Part shown: positions 1 to 11,210 of the stretch, in pieces
Layout of the letters: every line of letters starts with the position of its first letter
How positions within the stretch are numbered: the first letter of the stretch is position 1
NCBI RefSeq assembly: GCF_009914755.1
Contig: NC_060925.1
DNA length: 64,000 nucleotides
From: the human T2T-CHM13v2.0 reference genome, Homo sapiens
Strand: one strand, 5' to 3'
Notes under the pieces: generated by a model
Told to the model about the DNA's origin: nothing
What the model saw: only the letters and a program-made list of their open reading frames with translations
Database searches by the model: none
Position numbers and translations under genes: made by a program

Positions 1-282
1 CCAGGCGGTGTCTGGGAGCTGACATTATGAGCATCCAAGAAAGGGTACCTCTGTTGCTCCCTATCACAGTGAATAATTGGTACAGACTGCTAGGCCCACC
101 AACTCCAGTGCAGGGCCCATGGGTATGTGAGCGATGGGCATATGCCACATACAAGGCTGCATGGAGTATGGGGCACTAGGGGTTAGCACAAAGCCAAGGG
201 CACATGAGATGCAGACAGCCTCAGAGCTCAGAGTCGGTGGAGATGTGGCCCCACCCTTGGGGAACTCTCTTTTTTCTCCTAA

Positions 283-520
283 AATTTATTAAGCATCGGG
301 CACTATGCAAAGAGCTTTACGTACTTTATCTCCTTTAATCCTCACAATAACGCTATGCAGACAATACTGTAAGGGTCAACCACAAGATTTTTGTAGGTCA
401 ACAATAGCTGCACGTGGTTCAACCTAACGTTAATACTTCTATTTTATAGATGAGGAAATGGAAGCTCAGAGGTGCGGTGACTTCCCCAAGGTCACACAGC
501 AAGTACACATTGGACTCACG
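283..520 (-). mobile_element. MIR
   Basis: TTTAATCCTCACAATAAC...TTTTATAGATGAGGAAA...CCCAAGGTCACACAGC. Confidence 0.75.
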
Positions 521-2499
521 TTCAAAAATAGATCCACCACATTTCATCAGACCCAAGACATGCCATTCTTTCTTGGAGTGCCAAGAAAGAAAAAATTCTG
601 CAAGTAAACTTAGACATGACATGTGAGACACGAGCTGATGTCAGAGATATGAAAATGTGAAAAAAAAATCCCATCTTAGAATCAATGAAATATATTATTG
701 ACTCCAAAAAAAATCATTCTGTTTCTTGGAAGTGATGGGGGAGAGATGGCCTGAGACACCCTTGGGTAGCTCCTTGTCTAGTGGGGGAGGCACAATGCAC
801 ATGCATTAGAGAAAGCCTAGATACCGACTCACCCCCAGAAAACCATGGCCAAGGTCAATACTGTTAGTAAACAAGGCATAAAGGTCAAAGGAAGCAAGGA
901 GAAGGACCTGGGCAGCTGAGCTGTGACTAGGGAGAGGCAGTGTGGACCCTGGAGGCGATTTCCAAAGGAAATAAAACAAAGGAAGGAAGGGCAGACGGCT
1001 CTAGGGGCATGGCTGCTATGAAATGTGGCTATGAGAAACAAAAGAAAATCTGAACAACCTGTTGTCCTCAAACCCAGTCCCCTGGCCCTCAATTTGGTCT
1101 GATCTCTCCAAATCATGCTCAATTAGGATTTGTCTCTGGAGCACAAAGATAAGTGGGAGGAAAAGCATACTCCAGAAGCAAATTCAGATGCTGGGTCAGG
1201 GCCAGGATTTAAGGAGGCACCCCCTCTCATGGTCAGTCATGCAAGCAAAGGGTCCTCATTTGAGGGCCTCCTTAGAGTCAGCTCCCTGGAGGTCTCCCTA
1301 GCATCACCCTACACCCAGCCCTGTGCACAGACTCCTCCAAGGGCAAAAAGAAACGCTCAACTGTGGACAGCATGTAAGCTCTTTTGAAAAGACGTCACAC
1401 GTATTTAACCCAATGGGCAGTATCATCCCCATTTTACAGATGGGGAAATGGAGGCCCTGCAAAGTAACATAACCCTTCTGACCATGCCTGTCTCAAATCT
1501 GTCACCTTTGTAGTGACTTTGGGCAGTGCAGCTTCCCCTCACTTCCAGACAGCTCAGTCCCTGGCAGCCACCATTATCCCAGGCTCCCCTGGCCCCATGG
1601 GAGAAGGAATACTGCAGACAGAGAAGGGTAAGTCTGGGTTTGCCTTTGCTCTTGTAGACGGAATGGTGGATTAGGAAGACTCTTGCATCCAGGTCCCCAT
1701 GCCCAACCCACGGTGTCTGTGACACAGCAACACATGTTCCAGGACCCAGAGGCAGCAGGCCCAATTTAGAAGGTCAGGATGTGACTCTTGCTTAAAAATA
1801 AAACGACCATAAAAACCTATTAGCCTTGAAGGGATGTTGGCAAGAAGGAACAGGACTAAGGAAGGAAAACGGGAAGTGAGGGAAGGAAGGAATAACAAAG
1901 ACAGCTAATTCTCCAACCACCTTCTCTTTCCAGGTCCCTGGGTGAGGAGGATGGAGGTGAAGGAGACACAGACACGAGGCCCTTGGGTTTCCTCAAGGCT
2001 TTGACAATGTCTTTGAGGACAGCCTGGTGGTTCCAGTGGGGACATGTAGACTACAGACCCCAGAACAGTGGGATCCCTGTAGGTGAACTGGCCTCACCCA
2101 AGGGTGAGTCCGTCCTTTATTTAGGGCTTAGATTAAAGCCTCAAGCAGAGTCCAGAAGCCAGGACAATGTGGGATGTAGTACATGGAAGGATGTGTATTG
2201 GTAGGAAGGCTGGGAAAGACCATCCACACCTGGGCCCTGGAGGAGGCAAATATGCCACACAGCTCATCAGCAAGGCCAGTCTGACACTGAAAACTAGTGC
2301 TAGTGGAATTCAGAGTGGTAGAGCCCAGATGGCCATCCTCCCAGAGGAGGACCAACATAGCCCAGCCAGTGAGACCTCACTCAGCAACCAGAATGGGGAG
2401 TGGGGGTAGGGGCACCGCATTCAGCCCCTTAAAAACTGTTTCTTGCCATCTCCAGATGGCACAGCCAGCTAAATGCATGGGATCCAGAGGCAGGCACAC

Positions 2500-2730
2500 C
2501 ATACTTCTTATCCCACTTCTACCGCTCACTGGCTGTGCGATCTTGGGCAAGTGACGCCACCAAGCTTAGTTCCCTCACCTGTAAAATGGGATAATGTCTG
2601 TAGGTTGTGAAGGCTACCTAAGATGAAGAGAAGAGCCCTATGGCTCCATTTATTGAGCACTTACTATTTACCCACACTATGAGTCATTGTTTGAAAAGCA
2701 TTTGGCACAGTGCTTAGTGGCTAATAATTG
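2500..2730 (+). mobile_element. MIR fragments
   Basis: GGCTGTGCGATCTTGGGCAAGTGAC...CTCACCTGTAAAATGGGATAAT. Confidence 0.65.
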
Positions 2731-2850
2731 CACAATAAATTGGAGCCATCATATGGTTGTTGTCATTGTTGTTTCATTATTTTGATTTTGCTCCAGACCC
2801 AGGTGGGGCCCCAGGCAGAAGACACTGCGGTGGCCGTCTCAGCACAGGCA

Positions 2851-2867
2851 CACTGCCCTCTGGTGCT
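2851..2867 (-). promoter_or_regulatory. CTCF-like motif
   Basis: Reverse complement AGCACCAGAGGGCAGTG matches CCASYAGRKGGCRS except at the first position. Confidence 0.5.
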
Positions 2868-4285
2868 GCTGCTGAAGAATCAGCACCTGGGAGAAGAGCG
2901 ATTCCAGGAATCAAGCCCAAGGCCAAGGCGCCAGCCCCATCCGCATCAGCTCCGTTTCCATACCAGGCAGGCCCTTAGTGCATCTGTCTTCCCAGAGCTG
3001 CAGCCCTACCACACTGGCCTCTGGAGGACAAGCGAGTGCCTGCTGGGTGCTAGCCTCAACGAGGGCCCTGCTCCTGCAACATTGGTCCTCTCTGTTGCCA
3101 GGCGGGGTGTGCAAAGTCCCCCAGTTCCTCTCCGTGCTGCCCAGTGGAGTGAAGCACCCGCTGTTTCAGTTCCCTCTGGAAGGTCCTGAGCAAGCAAGGC
3201 AAGCCAGGCTGCAGCTGCAAGGAAGAGACAGGGGCAGCTGCTGTGGCAAGTAGAGGAGGCGCCACCTCAGCAGACCAGAAACAGTCCCAGTCACTGAGAT
3301 CAAACAGGTCTCCTGCTAAAAGAACCCCCTTCACCAAGCAGGCCTGCAGTCTGTCCTACATATGGCCTTATACTTCTCTCAAGAGGAGGGGTAGTTCCAC
3401 AGCCCACGGGGGCATCTGTGCTTCCTCCCCCATGGAGGGGACTGTTTCCTGGGACAGGCACAGAGTGCCTGTGGGAACGTGGGGATTCAGGAAGGCTTAC
3501 AGCCCCACAAAGGATCCTAAAAGCCACTAGGCAGCTTGCATTTCTGGAGTGGTTGGAGGCAGCTTGCATTTCTGGAGGGGTCGGGGATAAAGAGCCATCC
3601 TGCAAAGCCCTTTGAAAACAGCACATGAGCTGGACTTCTGAGGTCAGCCATCCTGCCGGCTACAGGAGGATGCAGGTGACCTTGGAAGAGCCTAGTGAGG
3701 CCAGGGTGCCTGGCTCACCTTGCATAAACCACCTCTAAAGACCCTAGGTCATTCTGACATCAAAAGACTGTTTAGCGAAGTGCAAGGCAGGCATCAGGAA
3801 GAAAATTAAACTCCAGTTGAGAAGGAGGAAAGCTGGGGCTAACAGCAGCAGCTGGGCTGAAAAGTGGAGGTAGAAATTCCTCAAGTTAATGCTCTCTAAG
3901 GCCCCGCGGGCCACTCCCAGGTCTTGTCTGAAGCTATTTACTTCCAGGGGGGAAAACCCTATTGATCTTCATTCAGCTGCTGTCTGCTCCTACAAGGCAG
4001 CGATGTTTCAGCGCATCACCAGTCACTGTGAGAAATTTCTCATTGTTTTATACACAGCGGCTCCCAAACTCAAGAGATGAATGTTTAGGATAATTTGGGT
4101 GAACCAGTCATAGGAGTTACAGATGAGGCCGGTTTGGGAACTCTGAGGGAGGGGGTGTCTCTCCCCAGGGATCGGCTGCTGTTGCCTGCTGGGCCCCTGT
4201 TTATTCAGGAAACTCAGGACCTTGCAGCTCAGTTCTGCTCTATCTGTAGATGCTCAGAGTCCAGAGCTGGGCCAACCCTTCCTTT

Positions 4286-4313
4286 CCCCCCCCCCACCCC
4301 CTCCCCCCCCCCC
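4286..4313 (-). repeat. Poly-G tract on the GRIK3 sense strand (G11-A-G5-T-G10)
   Basis: C10-A-C5-T-C11 on the + strand. Confidence 0.9.
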
Positions 4314-7300
4314 AACACCTGCTTTATGTCTCTGCAGTCATTTGGCTTCAAACCTCCCCACTGGCTGGCTGGAGATCGCCACCATCCACTTGAGCTCCTC
4401 AACACACAGAAGAGCTGGCCAGGCTTCCCCAGCTGCTGCCACCACTGTCTAGTTCCCTTTTCAAATTCCAGGCTGGCCCTCAATCCTACATATGCCCATA
4501 ACATGAGGAGAGAACTAACCATGAAACCTACAATGGCATAACAGTGCCCGCCAGCCTGCACTAAAGGGAACTTTGAAACCACAGAACATACCAACCATTA
4601 AGGCCAACCAAATAGTTTACAGATGGAGAAACTGAGGCCTGGGGTGCCAGGGAGAGGTGTGATTTGATGGAAATGGCCCAACAAACTGGTGGCAGATGCA
4701 GCAGAAAACCCAGACCTCCTGGCTCCAAGTCCAGCAGCCCCTCCACTACAGATTTGGGGTCAGGTAACCTGGAAATTCAGGTCCCCACGGGAGGTCACTG
4801 AAGCCCGTTTGGCTGAGAGAATCTATGCATTAAACTGCCTTCCGTAAGTTAAGACTGGGATTCACCCAAACAATAATAACGACGATAATAATAATAAAAT
4901 GCCAAACAATATGGCTTGAAAACCTTCAATGCACAACATTTGATAATCATACATAGAATACATCTTCCACATATTCACATAAAATAATCAATGATCATTT
5001 TTTCTCGCAGACTACAATCCAATCATTCTCTCTCCCTTGCTCTCTCCTTCACTCTCTTTTGTTACTTGCAAACCATCCAAGCAATCAATGCCTTGACCTC
5101 TCCTTCTGATAGACACAATTACAAAAAGACAGAGCAATGCAATTCATCTATTCAAGACGGATTGTTTGAACACTCTGTCACACTGCTGAGCTATCCATCT
5201 CCTTGTCTAAGAGGAAATTTCAGCCCCCAAAAGAGGCACAAAGAGAGGGGGCGGGTACGATGCTCCTCAGCCCAGAGAGCCCCTCTGGCACCTGCAAGAA
5301 AGCCCTCTCCGGGCTGGTGCTCGGCGATGCCTGGCTGCTGGAGAAGCATTCAGCTCCAAGCTCAGCCGGCTCAGGTGCCAGTCTTGAGAATCAGAAGCAC
5401 CTAGCACACTCCAGAGGGCCTAAATTCTTAAAGCCCCAGCCAGAACCCTGAGATCCCAGGGATGGGGGGGATGGGAAAAGGGAGAGGGCACTGGGCCCAG
5501 CCAAGGTGGTGTGTTTGGATTTTAGCATGAGATTCTCTCTCTCTCGCTCGCTCGCTCTTTCTGTCCATGTCCACTGTAGCTCCCTGGCTCCAGCTGGGGT
5601 TCAAGCAGGGGCTCAGAAGGACAGAAACTCAGCTCTCCAGGAGTCTCCAGAGGCCTCAGAGTCCTCCCATCCTCCGCCCAAACTGGCACAGCTCTGGCAG
5701 TCACGTTTGGCGCAGGCACAACACCCCAGTCCATGGGCTGAGAATCAAATGGGGCAGGGCTCTTGGATATAAATGACCTGGGCTGACACGCTAATTAATC
5801 CTGGGGCTTAATACGAAGAAGATTAGAAGAGAGGAGGGCTCTGCCATCCTTTAATTTCATTATTACACGCTGAACCCAAGAAAGGGCGGGCAGGCTTGGG
5901 GATGCTCTTCCTAAGGGCTGGGAGGAACTCCCTAACCCATTCAATTTCACAGTAAGGATACATCATCCTGCGCCTTCCCAGCTTATCCCTCTGAGGCTGC
6001 CCTTACGGTAGCCTGTCCTTCTGGGCCTCCAAAGACTTCCATCCCTGAGGCTGGGCTGGGAGCACACCCATCCCACCCCTGTGGAAGAAGGATCAAGGAA
6101 AAGGGAACTGCAATCCGTGCGATGGGCAAATAGCACCCTCTCAGTCCCCCCACCTTTTTCCCCAAGGACACCCTACGACGCAGGCCCCCAAAAAAGCAGA
6201 GGGAAGGAGACAGGGAATAAAGGAAGTGCTGGTCCATTACTGGGGGGGGAAGGGGGGCTTCCTGCCCCTGGAATGGTGCCAGGCTGGGCTTGGGGCAGGC
6301 AAAGGCACAGAGATAGAAGACATTTCGGTTGTCAGGAGCAACCAGGCTGGGCTGCAAAGGGTTAAGCCTGACCATAAGGGTTGTCCCCAGTGTCCCCTCC
6401 CGTGCCTGGCCTCCTCTGCCTCCGGTGCTGGTGTTTGCCTGCCAGGGTCCTGGGCATGGACCGAAAGATCTCAGCGTGGGCAGAGCTGAGGACTGTGCTC
6501 TGCCCCATCCAGATGGTGTTCAAGAGGGTCCGGCTCCCGGGCGGCCGCCCAGGAGGAGACCCACCCGCTGGGTTTCTGACCGCCTCCTAGGAAAATCTCA
6601 AGTACGGAAACCAAGCCCGACACCGGTTCCGGCACCTCTTTCACGCCGCTGGCAGCCCAAGGTCCGCCCTGAAGAAGAGCTGTAGAGGAGGAAGGTGGCC
6701 CTGGCTCGGCGGAGTCCGGCTCGCCTGGTGCCAGGCGCTGGTGCTGGCGCCGAGTGAACCCAGGCGGCCCAGGTGTCCGGCCTGGTGGCGGGCGCAGGGC
6801 CTGCGGTGATGGAGGCTCCGTCTTAGCCCGGCCAGGCCCAGCCCTGCCGGTCGTCGGCCCGGGACATGCGCGGCGCTCAGGCCTGCAGGGTGCCTTGGGC
6901 GGCCACAACAAAGTTAAAGACCGGAGTAAGAGTCTCCCGCGAGAAGAGACGCGGAGAAGCCGGAGCCCCGGAAAGCCGCGCGCAGCCCCGCCAGCCGCCG
7001 CCAGCTGCGGAGGAATTCGGGCTAACTTTAAAAACCGCTGGCGTCCCTGGGCCGCCTGCCCGGGCCGCACTGGGCGGCCTCCATCGTCCCTTCCCTCTAC
7101 CTGCACTGCCCCAGGCGGGAGAGAGGCCTTGGCCCCGAGGGACCAGCTGCAGCGGGCAGCGGGGTCCTGCTCCCCCAACCCCCGCCCCATGGCACGGGGC
7201 TGAACCGGTACCACCGAGGCCAAGGGCGACCACCAGGAGAGAAGACCGGCTGCCCTCGTCATGCGAATCTGTGCCCTGCGACCTCGCTGCGGCTGCTCGA

Positions 7301-7747
7301 GCTATGCCAGAGGTGGGGACGAAGGGCCCGCGGGGAGTGAGGTGGGCAGAGGAGAGAAGTTGGCGCCTTCCCCAGGGTCCCCACTCTGCGGAGAAGCCCG
7401 ATCGCAGAACTCGGTCGGCTGCGGTTCATGCTGGCAGTCACCGCGAAATGCGCCCTCGACTCGGGATCGCACTGGAAACCTTCGCCACACTGTGCCAGGT
7501 CTGACCTCCCAGGAGCGCGCCAAGGGCCCCTCGCCCACTGCGGCCCGGCGGCCTCCTCCCCAATAAGTAAGGCCCGTGACCCCGACTCTGGAACTTTGTC
7601 CTCACAGGGAGGAGCTCCTGGTGGTCACCGATCGGCTCAGCAGCTCGGAGAGAGGTTAGGAAAATCTCTCCGGAACGCGTTGGGAGGCCCCCTCATTCCC
7701 GCCCCCTCCCGGGCGCACGGAGACCCCCGGCTCCAGGGAGCGCTTAC

Positions 7748-7862
7748 CGATCCGGATGACGTGGGGCATCCCGCGCGAGTCCGGGATCCAGAAGGCGCAC
7801 ACGAGGAGCCCGGCCCAGTATTCCCAAACCAGACTCCGGAGGCGCCGCCAGGGAGCGGTCAT
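7748..7862 (-). CDS. GRIK3: GRIK3 coding exon 1 (signal peptide and first residues of the GluK3/GluR7 amino-terminal domain); CDS continues beyond the window
   Basis: ATG at 7862-7860 (context cccaacgATGa, A at -3). Translates MTAPWRRLRSLVWEYWAGLLVCAFWIPDSRGMPHVIRI+G, the recognised GluK3 N-terminus. 115 nt, phase-1 junction followed by donor G|GTAAGC at 7747-7742. Confidence 0.97.
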
Positions 7863-8300
7863 CGTTGGGCGCCGCCGAGCGTGCCCGGGGCGCGGCCGTG
7901 GCGGGCTCCCTGGGGCGGCAGCTCTAGGCGCGGGCGCGCAGCAGCCCCGAAGGCGCCGCCTGGCCCAGCCGCCCGGCTCCCGAGCGCCGCTGCAAGTGGG
8001 GGGCGCCCCGCGGCGCCGCGCACATCTTACTGGGGGGCCGCCCCGCCGGCGCCCGCCCCGCCTGGCTGCCGCCCACGGGCTGCCCGCGAGCGAGGCTCCT
8101 GGGCTCCGCCCGGACTCCGCTCGGACTCGGCTCCGGCTCCGACTCGCGTCGGCTCGGCTCCCGCGCGGGCTCCCACCTGCCCCGGCTGCCGGGCTCTGGC
8201 GGGCGGGCTGCACGCGTCTCCGGCCGCTCCTCCTCCAGCCGCCGCCGATGCTATCGCCCGGGCTCGCACAAAGCCCCGGAGTGGAGTTGCACGCGCGCAC
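7863..8300 (-). other. GRIK3: GRIK3 5' UTR / leader (transcription start approximate)
   Basis: Very GC-rich sequence directly upstream of the ATG. The exact start site cannot be read from sequence and probably lies at ~8250-8440. Confidence 0.6.
7924..8025 (-). other. Upstream ORF (33 aa) in the GRIK3 leader
   Basis: ATG at 8025-8023 (gtaAGATGt, A at -3) to TAG at 7926-7924. Peptide MCAAPRGAPHLQRRSGAGRLGQAAPSGLLRARA*, out of frame with the main ORF. Confidence 0.6.
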
Positions 8301-9968
8301 ACTCTCCCTCCCAGCCCCCTCCCCTGCGCCCTGCCTCCCGCCTCCCGCGCCGCCCGCCGCCCGCGCTCCCTCCGCGCACTCCCCCGCGCACACACACTTC
8401 ACACTCACACTTGCCGAGGCGCACACTCGCGCGCTCACACCTGCGCGGGGGGCGGGGAAGGGGACCCTGGCCCCATTGTAGGGGGACGCCCGGAGAACGA
8501 GGACTCTCCTCGCTTCCCAGACGTCCCCACCCGCCCCGCCGGCCCCAGTCCCTTCTACTGCGAGGGCACGGAGCCCGGGAGCCAGGCGTGGAGCGCGAGA
8601 GCTGGCACCGCGAGCTGGGAGACGGCGGCAGCCCAGCGGCCGGACCAGCTGGAGGAGACGCGCCCGCCGGGAGCAGCGAGACCGGGAGCCCGCCGTCTGC
8701 GGAGCCTGGCCTCGCGGCTCCCACGCGGCGGGCGCTGGCTGGACGGCGGTGGCAGCGGGAGACTGACCCGGGAACCGGCTTCCCTCCCCAACCCCATTCC
8801 TCCTGGCAGCAGAGTTGGGGCTGGGGGTTCGGAGAGGCAGAATTCAAAGCGAATTGTCTACGCTGGGCCAGGGGAGCTGAGGGAGTTGGTAGAGGTGGGA
8901 GAGCCCAAGTCAGACCCCCTGCTGTGGGAAGCTGGACTTGACCGCGCACAGGTCCTGGGGCTGCGGAGGAGGAAGACCGCTCACGCCTTAGATGTAGGGG
9001 GGCGTGGGCGCCGGGCCCGCTCCCTCTCAGCCCTCTCCCGTAACTGTGCAGGAAGGGCTGGTGCCCCCTCCCTCATTCTCCTGAGAAAGAATAAAGAGAA
9101 ACTGTAATTTGTCGTGGGATGGAGTAGGATCCGTGGGGGAGCAAGCTAAAGGGGTTAAAAAGAAAAACAACGTTGTTTATTAGCAATAATAATTTTTTTT
9201 CAAGTGGCGCTGGGTGTGAGGGAAGGGAAAGGCTGTGGAGCGAGGCTGGAGCAGGAGGCTGCGAATTACTCAGTTAGGCGATTTTAATGACCTTTTTGAC
9301 AGAGACAAAGCGGTGCCGATACAGTAGATAAATAAACGGATCTGTCACCGGGCAGCGGCTAGGCTGTGTGTGAATTTATTTTTCTCATTTAAATAATTTG
9401 ATCTATTCTATCATTTCCAATCTTTCCCATTTGCCAGCTGTCTGGTAAGAGCATGGCCCCCAACATCTGAAGAGCAAATCTTTAATTTTCTTACAAATAT
9501 TCTATGAGCCGAGCTCTCACCCGCCTGTTAATTTCCCTCTTTTTTCCCCTCCCTGTCTGGGTGCAGAGGCCCGTGGCATTGTGTGGGGATGTGAATATCT
9601 CAGTGTGGCCAATCCTGCCAATTAGGAAGGGACGCCCTCCCACCTGAGGTGGAGGCCACTGTGGCTGTGGGAGGAGGAGAGACTCCCTGGGCTCCTCACA
9701 AAAGAACACAGAGGGGTGCGCCCGTCCTGAGGACATCCTCAAAAATCCAGCAAACAAACTGAGGTTATTGAGTGTCTGTCTCTGCCAAAGTTGGGCCTCC
9801 CTCGCCCTGGAGCAGGAGCGGCTGGTTTCCCAAGCAGCCACTGGAAAATGTTGCCCGAGGGATCGGAGGGAAGGACACGCAGACCAAAGCTAGGGAAGCA
9901 GCAGCTGCCACCTCTTGATAAAAAGTAAGGGCTCCAGTGGGCGCCAGTAAGGAGGAAGTGCAGGAGAG

Positions 9969-9985
9969 GGCAGCAGAGGGCGCGG
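9969..9985 (+). promoter_or_regulatory. CTCF-like motif
   Basis: GGCAGCAGAGGGCGCGG matches CCASYAGRKGGCRS except at the first position, within a small CpG-retaining patch. Confidence 0.5.
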
Positions 9986-10884
9986 CCTCCCGGATATAGC
10001 TGGGGGAGCCCCTTCCTTGGGGACGCACACCCCTCCCCATCGCCTGCCTATCAGCTTCCGCAACAGGTTTGGTTGCCCCAAGGAACCAAAAGGCCTAGCT
10101 GTTCTCTAAGGAAGAAAATTTCGGTGCGCTGATAGACAAACGGAAAGGGACCTGAACTTGAGGCAAAGGACACAGGGCTAAAACGGCATTGCCCAAGGCT
10201 GGTCTGGGGACAGGCAAGGGGAGTGCCTGGATGCTAATTCTGCCTGGGTTGTCCTGCAGTCAGCCTGCAAGTGGCTTGGCAGAGAAACAGAAGCAGCAGA
10301 AAGGTAGAGGTGTGGCTCCCAGGAGGGAGCAGATCCAAGGCCTGTGGAAGGGAGGGATAAGGGGAGGGGAGCAGGAGGAGAAGCAGCAGCCTCCAAAAAA
10401 GCTAGCATGAAAGTGGTGCTAGAAACGCGAAGGGAGGAAGGCAGAGGGGGATGCTGAGGCCCCCAGAGGGTGAGAGTGTGGCTCTGCCACCTGCGAGCCC
10501 CCTCGGCGCCCCAGGGAAGCAGCACAGGCTGGGCCTGCTCCTCCTGCATCCCAGAGTGGGCGGGAGTTACCCAGCACGCTGCGGATCGAGGCTTTTTTCT
10601 GCTGCCACGTAGGGCTGCGGTGGGAAAGAGCCTCCCAGCTGCAGAGGCTGTGGGGCCCAGTCACTGGACTTGGAAGGCAGCTGGAACCCTGCCTTCCAAG
10701 TTGGGGCCAGAGGGAAGCTGCCATCGCCAGCCTGGGACTGGGCCTTTTTCTTGACCTGGCTGCGAGCCATTTTGTGACACAGAGGTTTCCCCAAAACTAA
10801 CAGCAGCGTGTTCCCTCCCGGTCTAGGGGAGGGTGGGATGCATTGCAAGAACAGAAACAGCAGCAACGATCCCCATAATGACCC

Positions 10885-11072
10885 CTAGTATTTATTACAT
10901 GTTTTTATGTTCCAGACAATATATTCACTACCTTACACGCATCACTTCACCTCTTGCTCTCCACACCCACTGCGATAGGATCTTTGTCTAAAATAACAAA
11001 TCCATTTTACAGATGAAGACTGAGCCTCAGCGGGGTTAAGTAAGAGGTCCAAAGTCACATCGCTGGTATGTG
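10885..11072 (-). mobile_element. MIR
   Basis: CCATTTTACAGATGAAGACTGAG...GGTTAAGTAA...CAAAGTCACA. Confidence 0.65.
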
Positions 11073-11077
11073 ACCTT

Positions 11078-11210
11078 TCTTTCTTCCCTCCATTCCCCTT
11101 CCCTCCCTCTCTCCCTCCTTCCTTCCCTCCTTCCCTCCCTTCCTCCTTCCCTCCCTCCCTTCCCCCCTTCCTCCCCTCCCCTCCCTCCTTCCCTCCCTTC
11201 CTTCCTACTT
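11078..11210 (+). repeat. (CCTT/CCCT)n polypyrimidine tract
   Basis: ~130 bp of almost pure pyrimidine tetranucleotide repeats. Confidence 0.9.

Larger units (their letters stand above)
1..7747 (-). other. GRIK3: GRIK3 intron 1 (5' part; exon 2 not in window)
   Basis: Follows the GTAAGC donor; no continuation of the GluK3 protein (GIFEY...) in any ORF-track translation of 1-7747. Confidence 0.9.
6500..9050. promoter_or_regulatory. CpG island / GRIK3 promoter (GC-box-rich, no obvious TATA box)
   Basis: Dense CpG and very high GC content against a CpG-poor background; many GGGCGG/CCGCCC and EGR-like motifs at 8300-8560; spans exon 1. Confidence 0.92.

Noticed and set aside
7656-8438. 260-aa minus-strand ORF suggesting an N-terminally extended or intron-read-through GRIK3
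   Set aside because: Only 7748-7862 matches GluK3. The upstream part starts at GTG in GC-rich leader or promoter DNA, and the downstream part runs past a canonical donor.
7428-9107. 559-aa + strand ORF and other long ORFs across the CpG island
   Set aside because: Non-ATG start, Pro/Ala/Arg/Gly low-complexity composition and no recognisable domain. Stop codons are simply rare in very GC-rich DNA, and the ORF is antisense to GRIK3 exon 1.
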